From: a virus
IMG/VR virus record: IMGVR_UViG_3300045988_102008
Coordinates: 1 to 64,000 of that record
Reading direction: 5' to 3' (one strand)
Length of the DNA: 64,000 nucleotides
This document shows, piece after piece, positions 27,724-37,492 of this stretch. Position 1 is the stretch's first letter; each line of letters begins with the position of its first letter. A program made the position numbers and the translations under genes. Below the pieces are notes generated by a model that was given only the letters and a program-made list of their open reading frames with translations, did no database searches and was not told where the DNA came from.

Positions 27724-28825
27724 AATAGATATAAGAAGGATATTCAAAACCTCTAAACAGGTTATGGAAGAGGCGTATGAGAATATCTTGAAATACAGGC
27801 GGGGAGAGCTTATCCCCGCTAAAACCGGATACGATTATATTGACGAGGCTTTGCTTGGAGGTATTTTTCCTCAGCACGCTATTGCCATAGGAGCCCGGCC
27901 ATCTGTAGGTAAATCGTATGTGGCCCAAAAGATATTGGAAAATGTGATGAATCCGATGATCAACCCGCAAGCAGAAGATTATTTTCTTGTTAATTGCGAG
28001 TTCGAAATGAATCCTCAAGATCTTCTTCTTCGCAGAATGAGCCAGGATATGAAAAAGCGAGCTCCCGAAATATTAAGAAGGCAAGATTCTAATACAGTAG
28101 AAGAGATGAGGATGTTTGAAATCCTTCAAGGTGAAATCAGAAATAATATAATATACATCGATGCTCCGTGTACGGTAAAAGAGTTTGAGGCGGCTGTGTA
28201 TCATATAGCGACCAAACACAAAGACAAACGTCTTATAATATTTAAAGTCGATCATATTGCTTTGATAAAAAGAATGGGATTGGATCCTAAGTCGGCTATA
28301 GATGATTTGGTGGCGGTTATGAACGAAGCTAAATTAGTATATAAAAACATATTTTTCCTCATCATATCCCAATTCAACAGAGAGATAGAAGGAAGGATAA
28401 AAAGCCCACAAGAGCAGCCTCCGCGTCTTTCTGATTTTTACCAATCTGATACGCTGGGTCAGTTATGTACGTTAATGATAGGTTTGCACAATCCTCGTAG
28501 GTACGGGCTGGATAAGTATATGATATTTGGGAAAGATTGGTATCAGACTCTTGATAGGTTTAAAACTGAAAACAAAACATCATTCAGGACAGCCGGACTG
28601 GTGTTTCATCATATACTGAAGGTAAGGCAAGTTAGTATGGAAGAGCTTACTAATACAATCCACCCAGAGATCCTGCCGGGGCATGGATGGATGTACGGAG
28701 AGGGCGGGACGAAGTTCGTGAACCCCAACCAGCCGCCGACGCCGCCTAAGCTCTATACTGTGGAAGACGTTACGGACAATCAGGAACAAGAACAAGAGAC
28801 AAAAGAAGAACAGTCATTGTATTAA
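27701..28825 (+). CDS. DnaB-family replicative DNA helicase (RecA-like C-terminal domain)
   Basis: H1 GARPSVGKS, H2 LIIFKVDHIAL, H3 SQFNREIEGR, H4 LMIGLHNPRRY. ATG at 27701 (the track start at 27692 is GTG). Confidence 0.75.
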   Translation: MQEGLKNKIDIRRIFKTSKQVMEEAYENILKYRRGELIPAKTGYDYIDEALLGGIFPQHAIAIGARPSVGKSYVAQKILENVMNPMINPQAEDYFLVNCEFEMNPQDLLLRRMSQDMKKRAPEILRRQDSNTVEEMRMFEILQGEIRNNIIYIDAPCTVKEFEAAVYHIATKHKDKRLIIFKVDHIALIKRMGLDPKSAIDDLVAVMNEAKLVYKNIFFLIISQFNREIEGRIKSPQEQPPRLSDFYQSDTLGQLCTLMIGLHNPRRYGLDKYMIFGKDWYQTLDRFKTENKTSFRTAGLVFHHILKVRQVSMEELTNTIHPEILPGHGWMYGEGGTKFVNPNQPPTPPKLYTVEDVTDNQEQEQETKEEQSLY

Positions 28826-28839
28826 AAAAAATAAGAACC

Positions 28840-29442
28840 ATGAGACTGACAGTAGAAGAAAACGAATACCTGATAAGTAAGTTCCTTTTGGTTCTTACTG
28901 AGTTTGCAGGAGATGAAAGAGAGATGTTTTTAATCAACTCCATACATGATAAGGCGGTGGCGGATATGAATTATCGTCTTCCGTCTTTAATAAGCAGAGA
29001 ACGTAAAAGACGAGTCATTGAGCTCCTTAAAGAAGGAACCAGAATAATCAAGGACTTTTCCGGCTATGCAGGTGATATGGGTATGATTAACGAATACGAT
29101 CGCCTAAAGAAAGAAATAGGAACCGTCCAAGACCAGCTTGGTGACGTAGAAGGTCAACTTCGGGCAGCAGGAGAAGTTATTAAAAAAGAACTTGATATGA
29201 TTGCTGACCGAATCAAAGAAGATCTTCTTGATCGAGAACTGGCTAAAAGTAATGCCGAGGCTGAAAGAAAAGCCAAAGTGGATCCGAGATACGAAGTAGC
29301 TTTAGGTGATTACAAGGAGATGCTGGAAGTGATTTTTACAACCAGAAACAAGTATTCTACGGTAGATTCTGTACATGACGATCTTCGACAGTCGGTATCT
29401 ACCGGTAGAAATTCGATTATCAAAGAAGGGTACAACAGTTAA
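28840..29442 (+). CDS. Hypothetical coiled-coil protein
   Basis: ATG start, 200 aa. Confidence 0.55.
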   Translation: MRLTVEENEYLISKFLLVLTEFAGDEREMFLINSIHDKAVADMNYRLPSLISRERKRRVIELLKEGTRIIKDFSGYAGDMGMINEYDRLKKEIGTVQDQLGDVEGQLRAAGEVIKKELDMIADRIKEDLLDRELAKSNAEAERKAKVDPRYEVALGDYKEMLEVIFTTRNKYSTVDSVHDDLRQSVSTGRNSIIKEGYNS

Positions 29443-29457
29443 AAACAAGGAGGAAAT

Positions 29458-29667
29458 ATGGAAAAGAAGGAATTTAAAGTAGGAGAAGTGTTTGATGCCG
29501 GACTTGTGAGATTAAAATGTGTGGATGCTCCAGAGCCAGACTTAGGATGTGAAGGATGTATATTTAACGACCACATTACATGCGGGTCGGTAGATGTAGT
29601 CGCAGGCCCGTGTAATCACGTAGAGAGGGAGGATGGTAAGGATGTTATTTTTATTAAAGCTGATTAG
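29458..29667 (+). CDS. Small Cys-containing protein
   Basis: AAGGAGG SD then ATG. Confidence 0.45.
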   Translation: MEKKEFKVGEVFDAGLVRLKCVDAPEPDLGCEGCIFNDHITCGSVDVVAGPCNHVEREDGKDVIFIKAD

Positions 29668-29669
29668 GC

Positions 29670-30383
29670 ATGTACATCAATTTCAGACAACTTGCAGCAT
29701 CAGACATGACCCCTAATGATCTGGCTAATCTTCTTGCTATAAGACAGAAGGATACGGTTATGATCGAAGCCATGCTGGAAAAAGATGCTGGGAGGTATAT
29801 AGAGCTTGGCCTGGTTGAGAAATTAAAATCAGGTGTGATGAGATTAACCAACAAAGGAACGTCTTTTGTGAATTATATAGAGACACCGGAAATGGCGGAC
29901 GAGGTCCTAGAAACGTTGAAGATTATGATAGGAATGTACGAATCATATTCAAAAGACATAGGTGTCAGCAGAAAAGAAGCGGAATCCAGATTATGTTGGT
30001 TTATGGGTAACACCTCATTCAAGAAAGAGGTCATACTTCAGGTAACGGAATCTTATATAGCAGAGTCAGGAGATTATACGATGAGCTTATGTAACTTCAT
30101 ATGGAAACCGCCTTCTCAGGCTTTTTCAGTCCATATGAACCTTAAAAATTCAAAGCTCTTTGACTTAATAGCTGAAAAATTTAAGATCGCTACCGAGCCT
30201 TATTTGGAGTCTAAGAAGAATAAGGAAATGGATTGGTTGTTTGCCGTATCTAAATTGCCTACGCCGCCGGCTAAAGGCAATCCGGATTATTTGTTTACCG
30301 GAAGTTCTGAAACAGACAAAGAGCGATTGAAAAACATAAAAACATACTTATTTAACAAAATTAGAAAGCAATGGAAAAAGTAA
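29670..30383 (+). CDS. Hypothetical protein (237 aa), first gene of the ACP/NfeD/flotillin cluster
   Basis: ATG 3 nt after the upstream stop. Confidence 0.55.
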   Translation: MYINFRQLAASDMTPNDLANLLAIRQKDTVMIEAMLEKDAGRYIELGLVEKLKSGVMRLTNKGTSFVNYIETPEMADEVLETLKIMIGMYESYSKDIGVSRKEAESRLCWFMGNTSFKKEVILQVTESYIAESGDYTMSLCNFIWKPPSQAFSVHMNLKNSKLFDLIAEKFKIATEPYLESKKNKEMDWLFAVSKLPTPPAKGNPDYLFTGSSETDKERLKNIKTYLFNKIRKQWKK

Positions 30384-30622
30384 GAATCAGAAAGATAATA
30401 GAGGATATAATTATTACTCAGTTTCTTAATTCGGAAATGGATATAGTTCATGAAGAAGATGTGTCGTTTAAAGAACTTGGATTAGACTCTATTGATCGAA
30501 TTGAGCTTGATGCGATGGTGGAACAAAAATTCAATATTGTTATTATTGATTATGATATGGAGACCATCAAAGATATGACTGATCTTGTTTACAAAATAAT
30601 AACAGAAGGGTATGGGAAGTGA
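30371..30622 (+). CDS. Acyl-carrier-protein-like protein (PP-binding domain)
   Basis: SFKELGLDSIDRIELDAMVEQKF aligns with the ACP motif [24 protein letters not shown]. The Ser in LDSI is the predicted phosphopantetheine site. Confidence 0.65.
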   Translation: MEKVRIRKIIEDIIITQFLNSEMDIVHEEDVSFKELGLDSIDRIELDAMVEQKFNIVIIDYDMETIKDMTDLVYKIITEGYGK

Positions 30623-31106
30623 TATAATTTTATGCATGGCTTTAATAGCGTCATTTGCTTTTGTTATACAGTTTTTGTTGTCGATATTAGGATCTGATCT
30701 GGATACGGATATTGACATTAACAGCGCTTCTGATTTAAGCATGTCTTTGTCGGACATCATATCATTCAAGGGCATAACACATTTTATTCTTGGATATAGC
30801 TGGACCACATACTTTTCGGGTTCCCATTTAGTAGGGGTCGTAATAGGGTCGTTTTTCTTTATCGTTTTGTTTTATGTATATAAGTTACTTCTTAAGTTAA
30901 AGCAAGAAATGGTGTACGAATGTCCGGAAGATTTAAATGGCAGAGAGGTGGAGATAGTGTTTAGATCAGGGAAGAATCATTATATGGTAAATATTGTGAA
31001 AAATGGAAGACAAGAGCAAATGAGAGTAAGATGCTTGTCTGGAAAAAATTACAAAAACGGTGACAAGGTGAATATAAAATACGAAGAAGGAGAATTAAGC
31101 ATCTAA
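30612..31106 (+). CDS. NfeD-like membrane protein (YuaF/YqiJ-like)
   Basis: Three N-terminal TM helices plus a C-terminal G/V-rich beta-barrel-like tail. Immediately upstream of the flotillin gene, as in nfeD-floT operons. Confidence 0.6.
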   Translation: MGSDIILCMALIASFAFVIQFLLSILGSDLDTDIDINSASDLSMSLSDIISFKGITHFILGYSWTTYFSGSHLVGVVIGSFFFIVLFYVYKLLLKLKQEMVYECPEDLNGREVEIVFRSGKNHYMVNIVKNGRQEQMRVRCLSGKNYKNGDKVNIKYEEGELSI

Positions 31107-31139
31107 TTTTTTTTTATCAACAATTAAATTTTAAAAGTT

Positions 31140-32840
31140 ATGACAATAATCATGTACGTGTCAGCTATTTTAGCTGTAGTGATTATTTTGACAATCATCG
31201 GAGTCTTATCAAGGTATCGTAGATGTAAGCCTAATCAAGTCTTGGTCGTTTATGGTAAGACAGGTGGGGAAAAGAAATCGGCGAAATTATATCATGGTGG
31301 AGCGGCATTCGTCTTGCCTATTATTCAAAGCTATGATATTTTGTCTATGGAGCCTATGCAAATAGATTGCAAGCTTACCGGTGCTTTGTCATCTCAGAAT
31401 ATTAGAGTAGATGTACCTACGACCATTACAGTAGCTATCAGTACAAATCCCGAAATCATGCAAAATGCGGCAGAAAGACTTTTGGGGATGGATACCGAAT
31501 CTACTGAAAATCTTATTACGGACATCGTTTACGGTCAGATGCGTTTGATTATTGCTGAAATGACAATCGAAAAACTTAATTCTGACAGGGATGAGTTTTT
31601 GGATAAGGCAAGAAAGAACATTGATAACGAGCTTAATAAGTTAGGTCTTTACCTCCTGAACATCAACATCAGTGACATCAGAGACGAAGCCGGTTATATT
31701 ATGAACCTTGGTAAGGAGGCTGAAAGTAGGGCTCTGAACGAAGCACAGGCTAATATCGAAGAACAGGAGAAACTGGGTGCTATTAAGATTGCTGTACAGC
31801 AAAAGGAAAAAGAAACGGCTGTAGCTAATACCCAAAAAGAGCAAGAGATTCAAATTGCCTATACTGAAAAAGAAAAGGAAACGGTAGTAGCTGAAACAAA
31901 GAAAGAAAAAGAAGTAGCTTTGGCTTTAACCGATAAAGAAAAACAGATCGGTGTAGCTCAAGCCGATAGAGATAGGGCTGCGGTTATTGCAAAGACTTTG
32001 GCTGATAAGGAATCAGCGATCGCAAGATCTAAGGCAGAACTTGAAGTAAACAAAGCTGAAGCCGAAAGAATGGAAGAAGTCGGGAAGAATAAAGCTGAAG
32101 CTGATAAACAAGCAGCTATAGCAATACAAGACTCTGAAGCTCAGATTAAGAAAGCTGAGGCTGAGAAAAATGCTTCTGTAGGCTACAACAATGCTCAGAA
32201 AGAGGTTGCTGTATCAGAATCAGAGCTACAGGTTATCAAAGCTCAATCAGAAAAGAAAGCCGGAGAAGAGAGAGTTAAATCGGAAGCGGCTGTAAAAACA
32301 GCAAAAGAGCTTGCCGACAAAGAAGTGGAAGAAGCTAAGGCTAAGAAAGTTCAGGCTGCGCTTAAGGCTGAAAAGATTGTGCCGGCTGAAACCCAGAAGG
32401 AAGAGGCTATATTACAAGCTGATGCTGAGGCAGAGAAGATCAAACGCCGGGCTGAGGCTGAGGCGGCAGCACATTTGGCAAAAGCTGAGGCAGAGGCAAA
32501 GGCTATTCAGATGAAACTGGAGGCAGAAGCCGAAGGTAAGAAAAAGTCGTTAATGGCAGAAGCCGACGGATTTAAGGCTATGGTGGAAGCAGCAGAATCC
32601 AATCCTCAGATCGCCATCCAGTACAAGATGGTTAATCAGTGGAAAGAAATTGCCGGAGAACAGGTTAAGGCATTTGAGCACATTAACCTCGGAAATATCA
32701 CGGTATTTGACGGCGGTCAGAACAGTACCGGTAATTTTCTTAACAATGTTGTTAAGACCGTCGCTCCGGCATTGGGAGTCATTGATCAGCTTCCGATTGC
32801 AGATACTTTAAAGAAGTTAAAAGGAGATGACAAAAAATAA
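31140..32840 (+). CDS. Flotillin / SPFH (band-7) family protein (FloT/YqiK-like)
   Basis: N-terminal TM, then YRRCKPNQVLVVYGKTGG (SPFH start). Long coiled-coil with AEAEA-type repeats (AEAEAAAHLAKAEAEAKA). Confidence 0.8.
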   Translation: MTIIMYVSAILAVVIILTIIGVLSRYRRCKPNQVLVVYGKTGGEKKSAKLYHGGAAFVLPIIQSYDILSMEPMQIDCKLTGALSSQNIRVDVPTTITVAISTNPEIMQNAAERLLGMDTESTENLITDIVYGQMRLIIAEMTIEKLNSDRDEFLDKARKNIDNELNKLGLYLLNINISDIRDEAGYIMNLGKEAESRALNEAQANIEEQEKLGAIKIAVQQKEKETAVANTQKEQEIQIAYTEKEKETVVAETKKEKEVALALTDKEKQIGVAQADRDRAAVIAKTLADKESAIARSKAELEVNKAEAERMEEVGKNKAEADKQAAIAIQDSEAQIKKAEAEKNASVGYNNAQKEVAVSESELQVIKAQSEKKAGEERVKSEAAVKTAKELADKEVEEAKAKKVQAALKAEKIVPAETQKEEAILQADAEAEKIKRRAEAEAAAHLAKAEAEAKAIQMKLEAEAEGKKKSLMAEADGFKAMVEAAESNPQIAIQYKMVNQWKEIAGEQVKAFEHINLGNITVFDGGQNSTGNFLNNVVKTVAPALGVIDQLPIADTLKKLKGDDKK

Positions 32841-33379
32841 ATACAATGGCCCAAGGTTACACTTGGGCCTAATTGAAGAAGCAAAAGCAGCATTCATAGA
32901 TTTCCTGCCGGCAGGGACAGTGATTTTAAGTGCTTTACTAATTACGATATTTTTAACATGGATTTTGGACAAGATTTAGAACCAGAAGAACTGACCAAGC
33001 ATTATGATCGGTGTTATAACCCCAAATAGTATTAACCCAATATAATTCTATTATAAAAGTTTAATACATCTCTTTCAGAGATCGGGTTATTAGCCTAAGC
33101 CTTGAAACAGAGGCTACGTTATTTGAGAATAAATAGTTACCAAGGAATGTTTATCCAAGTTTCTTGCTCTAAGGATGGTGATTAAACAGGAGTAGTGTAT
33201 TTGACGAAACAGTGTTGCCATTATATAAAACCTCTTATAACATTGGCGATGGGTACTTACAGGAGAAATCCTGACTTATCCCTAACGGGATTTACATCTA
33301 CCAAGGAGACCGGAAGGTCTCCGAGGGGATGTATTAAAACATATGAATAGCTTTAAATATATTTAATAGAATATGAGAT

Positions 33380-33727
33380 ATGGAATTGATTTTGAAACAG
33401 AAGAAGAGGAGGATGAAGAGTATGACTGACGAGGAATTTGTATTGGATAATAAGAAAAAGATTATAGTAAGAAAAAGAATATCTTATTTAAACAAAGGGG
33501 ATAAAGTGTGGATTGTGTCTTCCGACGGGTATCTGCTACACACGGACGTGGTTAGAGCCGAACGCGGACGGTCTTATGTGGATATAGACGGTATCCTGTA
33601 TTGGAAACGAGGATTGGATGGCAAGCATCGTAATCGTAATAACTACATGCAGTTTGCCATGACACCAGAAGACGGTAAGAAGTATGTCGTATATTACCCG
33701 GAAGGATTTAAAGACAATGACTTATGA
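33380..33727 (+). CDS. Hypothetical protein
   Basis: ATG start, 115 aa. Confidence 0.5.
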   Translation: MELILKQKKRRMKSMTDEEFVLDNKKKIIVRKRISYLNKGDKVWIVSSDGYLLHTDVVRAERGRSYVDIDGILYWKRGLDGKHRNRNNYMQFAMTPEDGKKYVVYYPEGFKDNDL

Positions 33728-34743
33728 TGGTCCCGGAAACGCATTTGCTATATAAGGAGTTTAATGGTGTGAAACGTCTTGCCATATCTTATTCCCAGAT
33801 AGACACGTTTCTTACCTGTCCAATGAAATGGTATAAAACTTACGTGGAGGGCAAAAGGTCTACGGAAAAACAAGAAGCTACGTCTTATGGTACAGTTATT
33901 CATAAGACACTGGAATACTTCTTCAAGAACGGAAGACAGCCTTCTGGCAAAGACCTGGGGGAAGCTATAAGTTACTATGCTTACCAAGAAGACATACCTT
34001 GGCAATCACCGGAAAATATGATGATAGCCATGAAGCAATCTGGAGAGCTTCTTGCTTGGATTGTGGATCTGTTTAAAAAAGACGGCAATAGGTTTATGAT
34101 AGCTGATAGTGATCTTAATCCCTGCGAGAAACTTATCAGACACGGCGCTATAGTTGGAGTCGAAGAAGATTTTGTGCTGCCGTACCGTCTTCCTAAGCCT
34201 GTTAACATAAATGGAGTAATTCATACTCATGTGTACATAGTAGGATCGGTAGACCTTCATCTGGCTATAAAAAGCAAGAACGTAGTTCACCATTATGTCA
34301 TAGATTGGAAATCAGGTAATAAGGTTTTTGATTCTAAGAAGTTGGAAACGAATTTACAGCATCCTATATATTCATTTTACATCTATAGAAAATATGGTGG
34401 AGTTCTTCCAGATATGAACATCTATTTCTTTACCAGGACCAGGCAGTACCAAAAGGTTAAGGTGGATGAGGAACGTAAAACAAAATCTATAGAGATGCTA
34501 AATGACACTTTGTCTAAAATGTATGATTTTGAAGATAATAGTGTAAAATCATTTCAAGCGTACATCCAGGGAGCAGAAGGAGCCAGGTATAGCAAGCGGC
34601 GTGCCACCCTAAGCCAGCCTGTTCCGCAAAACAAACAACCCTACCCGTCAGCACTGTGTTATTATTGTGACTTTGGATTACATAACAAAAACGAATGCCC
34701 TTTCTCTTCGGATTGGGATCCGTCTAAAAAGATAAAACGATGA
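33724..34743 (+). CDS. Cas4/RecB-like PD-(D/E)XK exonuclease with a 4-Cys (Fe-S) cluster
   Basis: N-terminal Cys (TCPMKWY). VIDWKSG motif III. C-terminal CYYCDFGLHNKNEC. Confidence 0.7.
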   Translation: MMVPETHLLYKEFNGVKRLAISYSQIDTFLTCPMKWYKTYVEGKRSTEKQEATSYGTVIHKTLEYFFKNGRQPSGKDLGEAISYYAYQEDIPWQSPENMMIAMKQSGELLAWIVDLFKKDGNRFMIADSDLNPCEKLIRHGAIVGVEEDFVLPYRLPKPVNINGVIHTHVYIVGSVDLHLAIKSKNVVHHYVIDWKSGNKVFDSKKLETNLQHPIYSFYIYRKYGGVLPDMNIYFFTRTRQYQKVKVDEERKTKSIEMLNDTLSKMYDFEDNSVKSFQAYIQGAEGARYSKRRATLSQPVPQNKQPYPSALCYYCDFGLHNKNECPFSSDWDPSKKIKR

Positions 34744-34910
34744 AATACGATGATGTTCAAAAGTTAAGAACAAAATACCGGCAAGATCCGGAAGTTATAA
34801 ACTTGACATACATGAGAGACGTTGCTGTACGATGCGGGAATTTCAAGAAAGCGTTTGAGCTTCAGGAGAAGCTGGAGGATATATGGTTCAACTATTTAAA
34901 AGGAGTGTAA
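34740..34910 (+). CDS. Small protein (56 aa), not in the ORF track
   Basis: ATGA overlap with the nuclease stop. Confidence 0.35.
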   Translation: MKYDDVQKLRTKYRQDPEVINLTYMRDVAVRCGNFKKAFELQEKLEDIWFNYLKGV

Positions 34911-35233
34911 TGAAAGAAGATCTAATATGTGGAGTAGCGATCCTTTTGTATTTAGTTTTATTATACTTGCTCACGACAGCTTTCATAAAAACAGGTAGAG
35001 CAGTAGATCGTTATAAGATAAAGAAGAAAACTGACAAAATCAAAGTAGGTCAAAGATACGAACATAAGAACTACTTTGAGGATCCATTTGAAAGAGGCAA
35101 GCATGTGATTAAGATATTAGACATAAAAGAAGGGTACGCTCTATATGAGTACGAAGAAAAACTATATATACGTTCTTCTGTGAGTCTTGAAGATATTGCT
35201 AAAAGATATGTTTTAATTACTGATATAAAATAA
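34910..35233 (+). CDS. Membrane-anchored hypothetical protein (ATG at 34910 overlapping the upstream stop)
   Basis: N-terminal TM helix GVAILLYLVLLYLLTTAFI. Confidence 0.5.
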   Translation: MKEDLICGVAILLYLVLLYLLTTAFIKTGRAVDRYKIKKKTDKIKVGQRYEHKNYFEDPFERGKHVIKILDIKEGYALYEYEEKLYIRSSVSLEDIAKRYVLITDIK

Positions 35234-35239
35234 GGGATT

Positions 35240-35626
35240 ATGGAAAAGAAAGTCACAATCAAAGAAGGGATGGATATTTTTTACAAAAATGCAGGGAAAG
35301 GTATATGGGTCTATATTGGACTTTTTGGAAATAAAGTGCTATCCATTTTAAAAAACAAAGGTGTTATTGCATGCGAAAACGATGCTGAATATTGCGTGTT
35401 GATGGATGGAGAAGATCATTTCATAAGTATAGCAAAAGACATGAGTCACGACTATTGTTGTGAGTACGTTGTAGAAAGAGCAGAAGCCTACAGAGACTAC
35501 CCCTCCAAAGGTGCTACATGCAGTGTATGCCTGTTTGAAGATAATGAGAATAAAGCAAGGGAGATGTTGAAAGAGGCGATAATAGAACTTTCAAAAAATA
35601 ATATAATAGATTGTGATGGGCTTTGA
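35240..35626 (+). CDS. Cys-rich hypothetical protein
   Basis: ATG start, 128 aa. Confidence 0.5.
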   Translation: MEKKVTIKEGMDIFYKNAGKGIWVYIGLFGNKVLSILKNKGVIACENDAEYCVLMDGEDHFISIAKDMSHDYCCEYVVERAEAYRDYPSKGATCSVCLFEDNENKAREMLKEAIIELSKNNIIDCDGL

Positions 35627-37037
35627 ACTTAGACCTTACCAGAAAGAAGCAGTAGATGCCGGGCTTGAGTTTCTTACAGGAAGATCTAAAAAGCCTGGCA
35701 TAATAGTAGCCCCATGCGGAGCGGGTAAGAGCCTTCTGATATCCAAGATAGCACATGAGATAAATAGACCAACGTTAGTATTGCAGCCATCAAAAGAAAT
35801 TCTGGAGCAGAATTATGCTAAGGCTGTATCGTTTGGCTCCGAACCTACTATATACTCTGCCTCATGTGGCGTAAAGGAAGTATCGGCTATGACTTATGCT
35901 ACACTTAAAAGCATAAAGAAAGACGTAGCAAGGTTGAAAGATACAGGGATAGATACCTTATTGATAGACGAATGTCATTCAGGATATTCTCCTGAAGAAG
36001 GTTCTGAATTTATGGAGTTTATGAGCGAGTTTCCCGAGGCGAAGGTGCTGGGCTTCACCGCCACTCCCTGCCGCCTCAGAGCCTACAGTTCCATGCTGGA
36101 AGGAAACTATAGCAAACTTAATATGCTGACAAAAGACGAGCATAACTTCTTCAAGAAGTTAGTTCATGTAATACAAATACAAGAGCTAACTTCTCAAGGT
36201 TTTTGGTGTCCACTTAAGTACGAACGATGGTCATTTGATGAATCGGCTCTGATGCTAAACAGTACCGGAGCCGAATATACCAACGAATCTATTAAAGAAA
36301 GCATCGTACGAAATGGCTTAAACAACTCTATCTACAAGCGTCTTCTTCAGCTTATGAACGAGCGTAAAGCCATTTTGGTTTGTATGGATTCTATCGAATC
36401 ATGTAATAGAATATCAGAGTTTATGAATGCCAAAATGGGAGCCATAACCGGTGTCGTAACATCGCTAACAACCAAAAAGAAAAGAGAGCAAATCATATCA
36501 GATTTCAAAGAAGGTAAGTTGAAGGTGGTTTTTAATTATTCAACGCTTGCTACCGGATTTGATTTTCCTGAACTTGATTGTGTGATGTTTGGTCGACCTA
36601 CTTTCTCATATTCAACGTATTACCAAATATTAGGCCGCGCCGTCCGCATCCATCCTGATAAGAAAGAGGCGCTGATAGTTGATTGCTGCGACAACATGAG
36701 ACGTTTTGGTCGGATAGAAGACTTGACGATCGAACAATTTCCTTCTAAGGGCTGGTGTATGTTTGCCGGCAATCAACTTCTGTCCAATATAAGGATGGGT
36801 GATATTATTACCAAAGACGAAATTCTTCGCCGGGCAGCCTCACTTAAATCTGTGAATGGAGATGGTAGGAGAGAAGACGATCTTGACAGCATAATAATGT
36901 GGTTTGGAAAATATGAAGGAATTAGATTCAAGGACATACCGGTGTCGTATTTTAGGTTCTTGGCTGAGAATATGGCAGTAAAACCGGGAGATAGGAAAGA
37001 AAAGATTATCGAATATTATAATAGGATAAAGGCATGA
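35616..37037 (+). CDS. Superfamily-2 DExH-box helicase
   Basis: Motif I APCGAGKS, II LIDECH, III TATP, VI QILGRAVR. Confidence 0.75.
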   Translation: MGFELRPYQKEAVDAGLEFLTGRSKKPGIIVAPCGAGKSLLISKIAHEINRPTLVLQPSKEILEQNYAKAVSFGSEPTIYSASCGVKEVSAMTYATLKSIKKDVARLKDTGIDTLLIDECHSGYSPEEGSEFMEFMSEFPEAKVLGFTATPCRLRAYSSMLEGNYSKLNMLTKDEHNFFKKLVHVIQIQELTSQGFWCPLKYERWSFDESALMLNSTGAEYTNESIKESIVRNGLNNSIYKRLLQLMNERKAILVCMDSIESCNRISEFMNAKMGAITGVVTSLTTKKKREQIISDFKEGKLKVVFNYSTLATGFDFPELDCVMFGRPTFSYSTYYQILGRAVRIHPDKKEALIVDCCDNMRRFGRIEDLTIEQFPSKGWCMFAGNQLLSNIRMGDIITKDEILRRAASLKSVNGDGRREDDLDSIIMWFGKYEGIRFKDIPVSYFRFLAENMAVKPGDRKEKIIEYYNRIKA

Positions 37038-37390
37038 ACAACAAGAGAAGAAAAAAAATATCGGATGTTATCAAAAACGTAAATAAGTATAAAACAGATT
37101 TTGAATACATCAAATCAAAGTTATCGGAGTTGAAGTACAACATAAATTCAGCCAAGGATGATGTTGATATGATTTTAGATGAAGAGACTGAGGCGAGAGA
37201 TAATATACCGGAATCGTTACAAGACTCAGAAAAATATTGGGAATCAGATCAGGCTGTAACTGATATGGAAGAGGTGGTTGATGACATGGAAGGCATTATA
37301 AACGATTTAGATGATGTGATTTCAACCATAGATGGGAACATCAAAACCATAAATGGTTCTATAAAAGTAAATTTAGAAGAAATAATGTGA
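37034..37390 (+). CDS. Hypothetical acidic protein
   Basis: ATGA overlap with the upstream gene. Confidence 0.5.
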   Translation: MNNKRRKKISDVIKNVNKYKTDFEYIKSKLSELKYNINSAKDDVDMILDEETEARDNIPESLQDSEKYWESDQAVTDMEEVVDDMEGIINDLDDVISTIDGNIKTINGSIKVNLEEIM

Positions 37391-37492
37391 GTCCATAAAA
37401 ACACTATAAGTAAAATTTAACACTATAATCTTTTATTAATGTATCATGATGTATATATTTGCATCATGATATTTTTTTTAGTGTTATATTTC

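Noticed and set aside
32311-32514. K/R-rich 67-aa + ORF inside the flotillin gene
   Set aside because: It is an alternative frame of the GCTGAGGCNGAG (AEAEA) repeat region, a low-complexity frame artefact.
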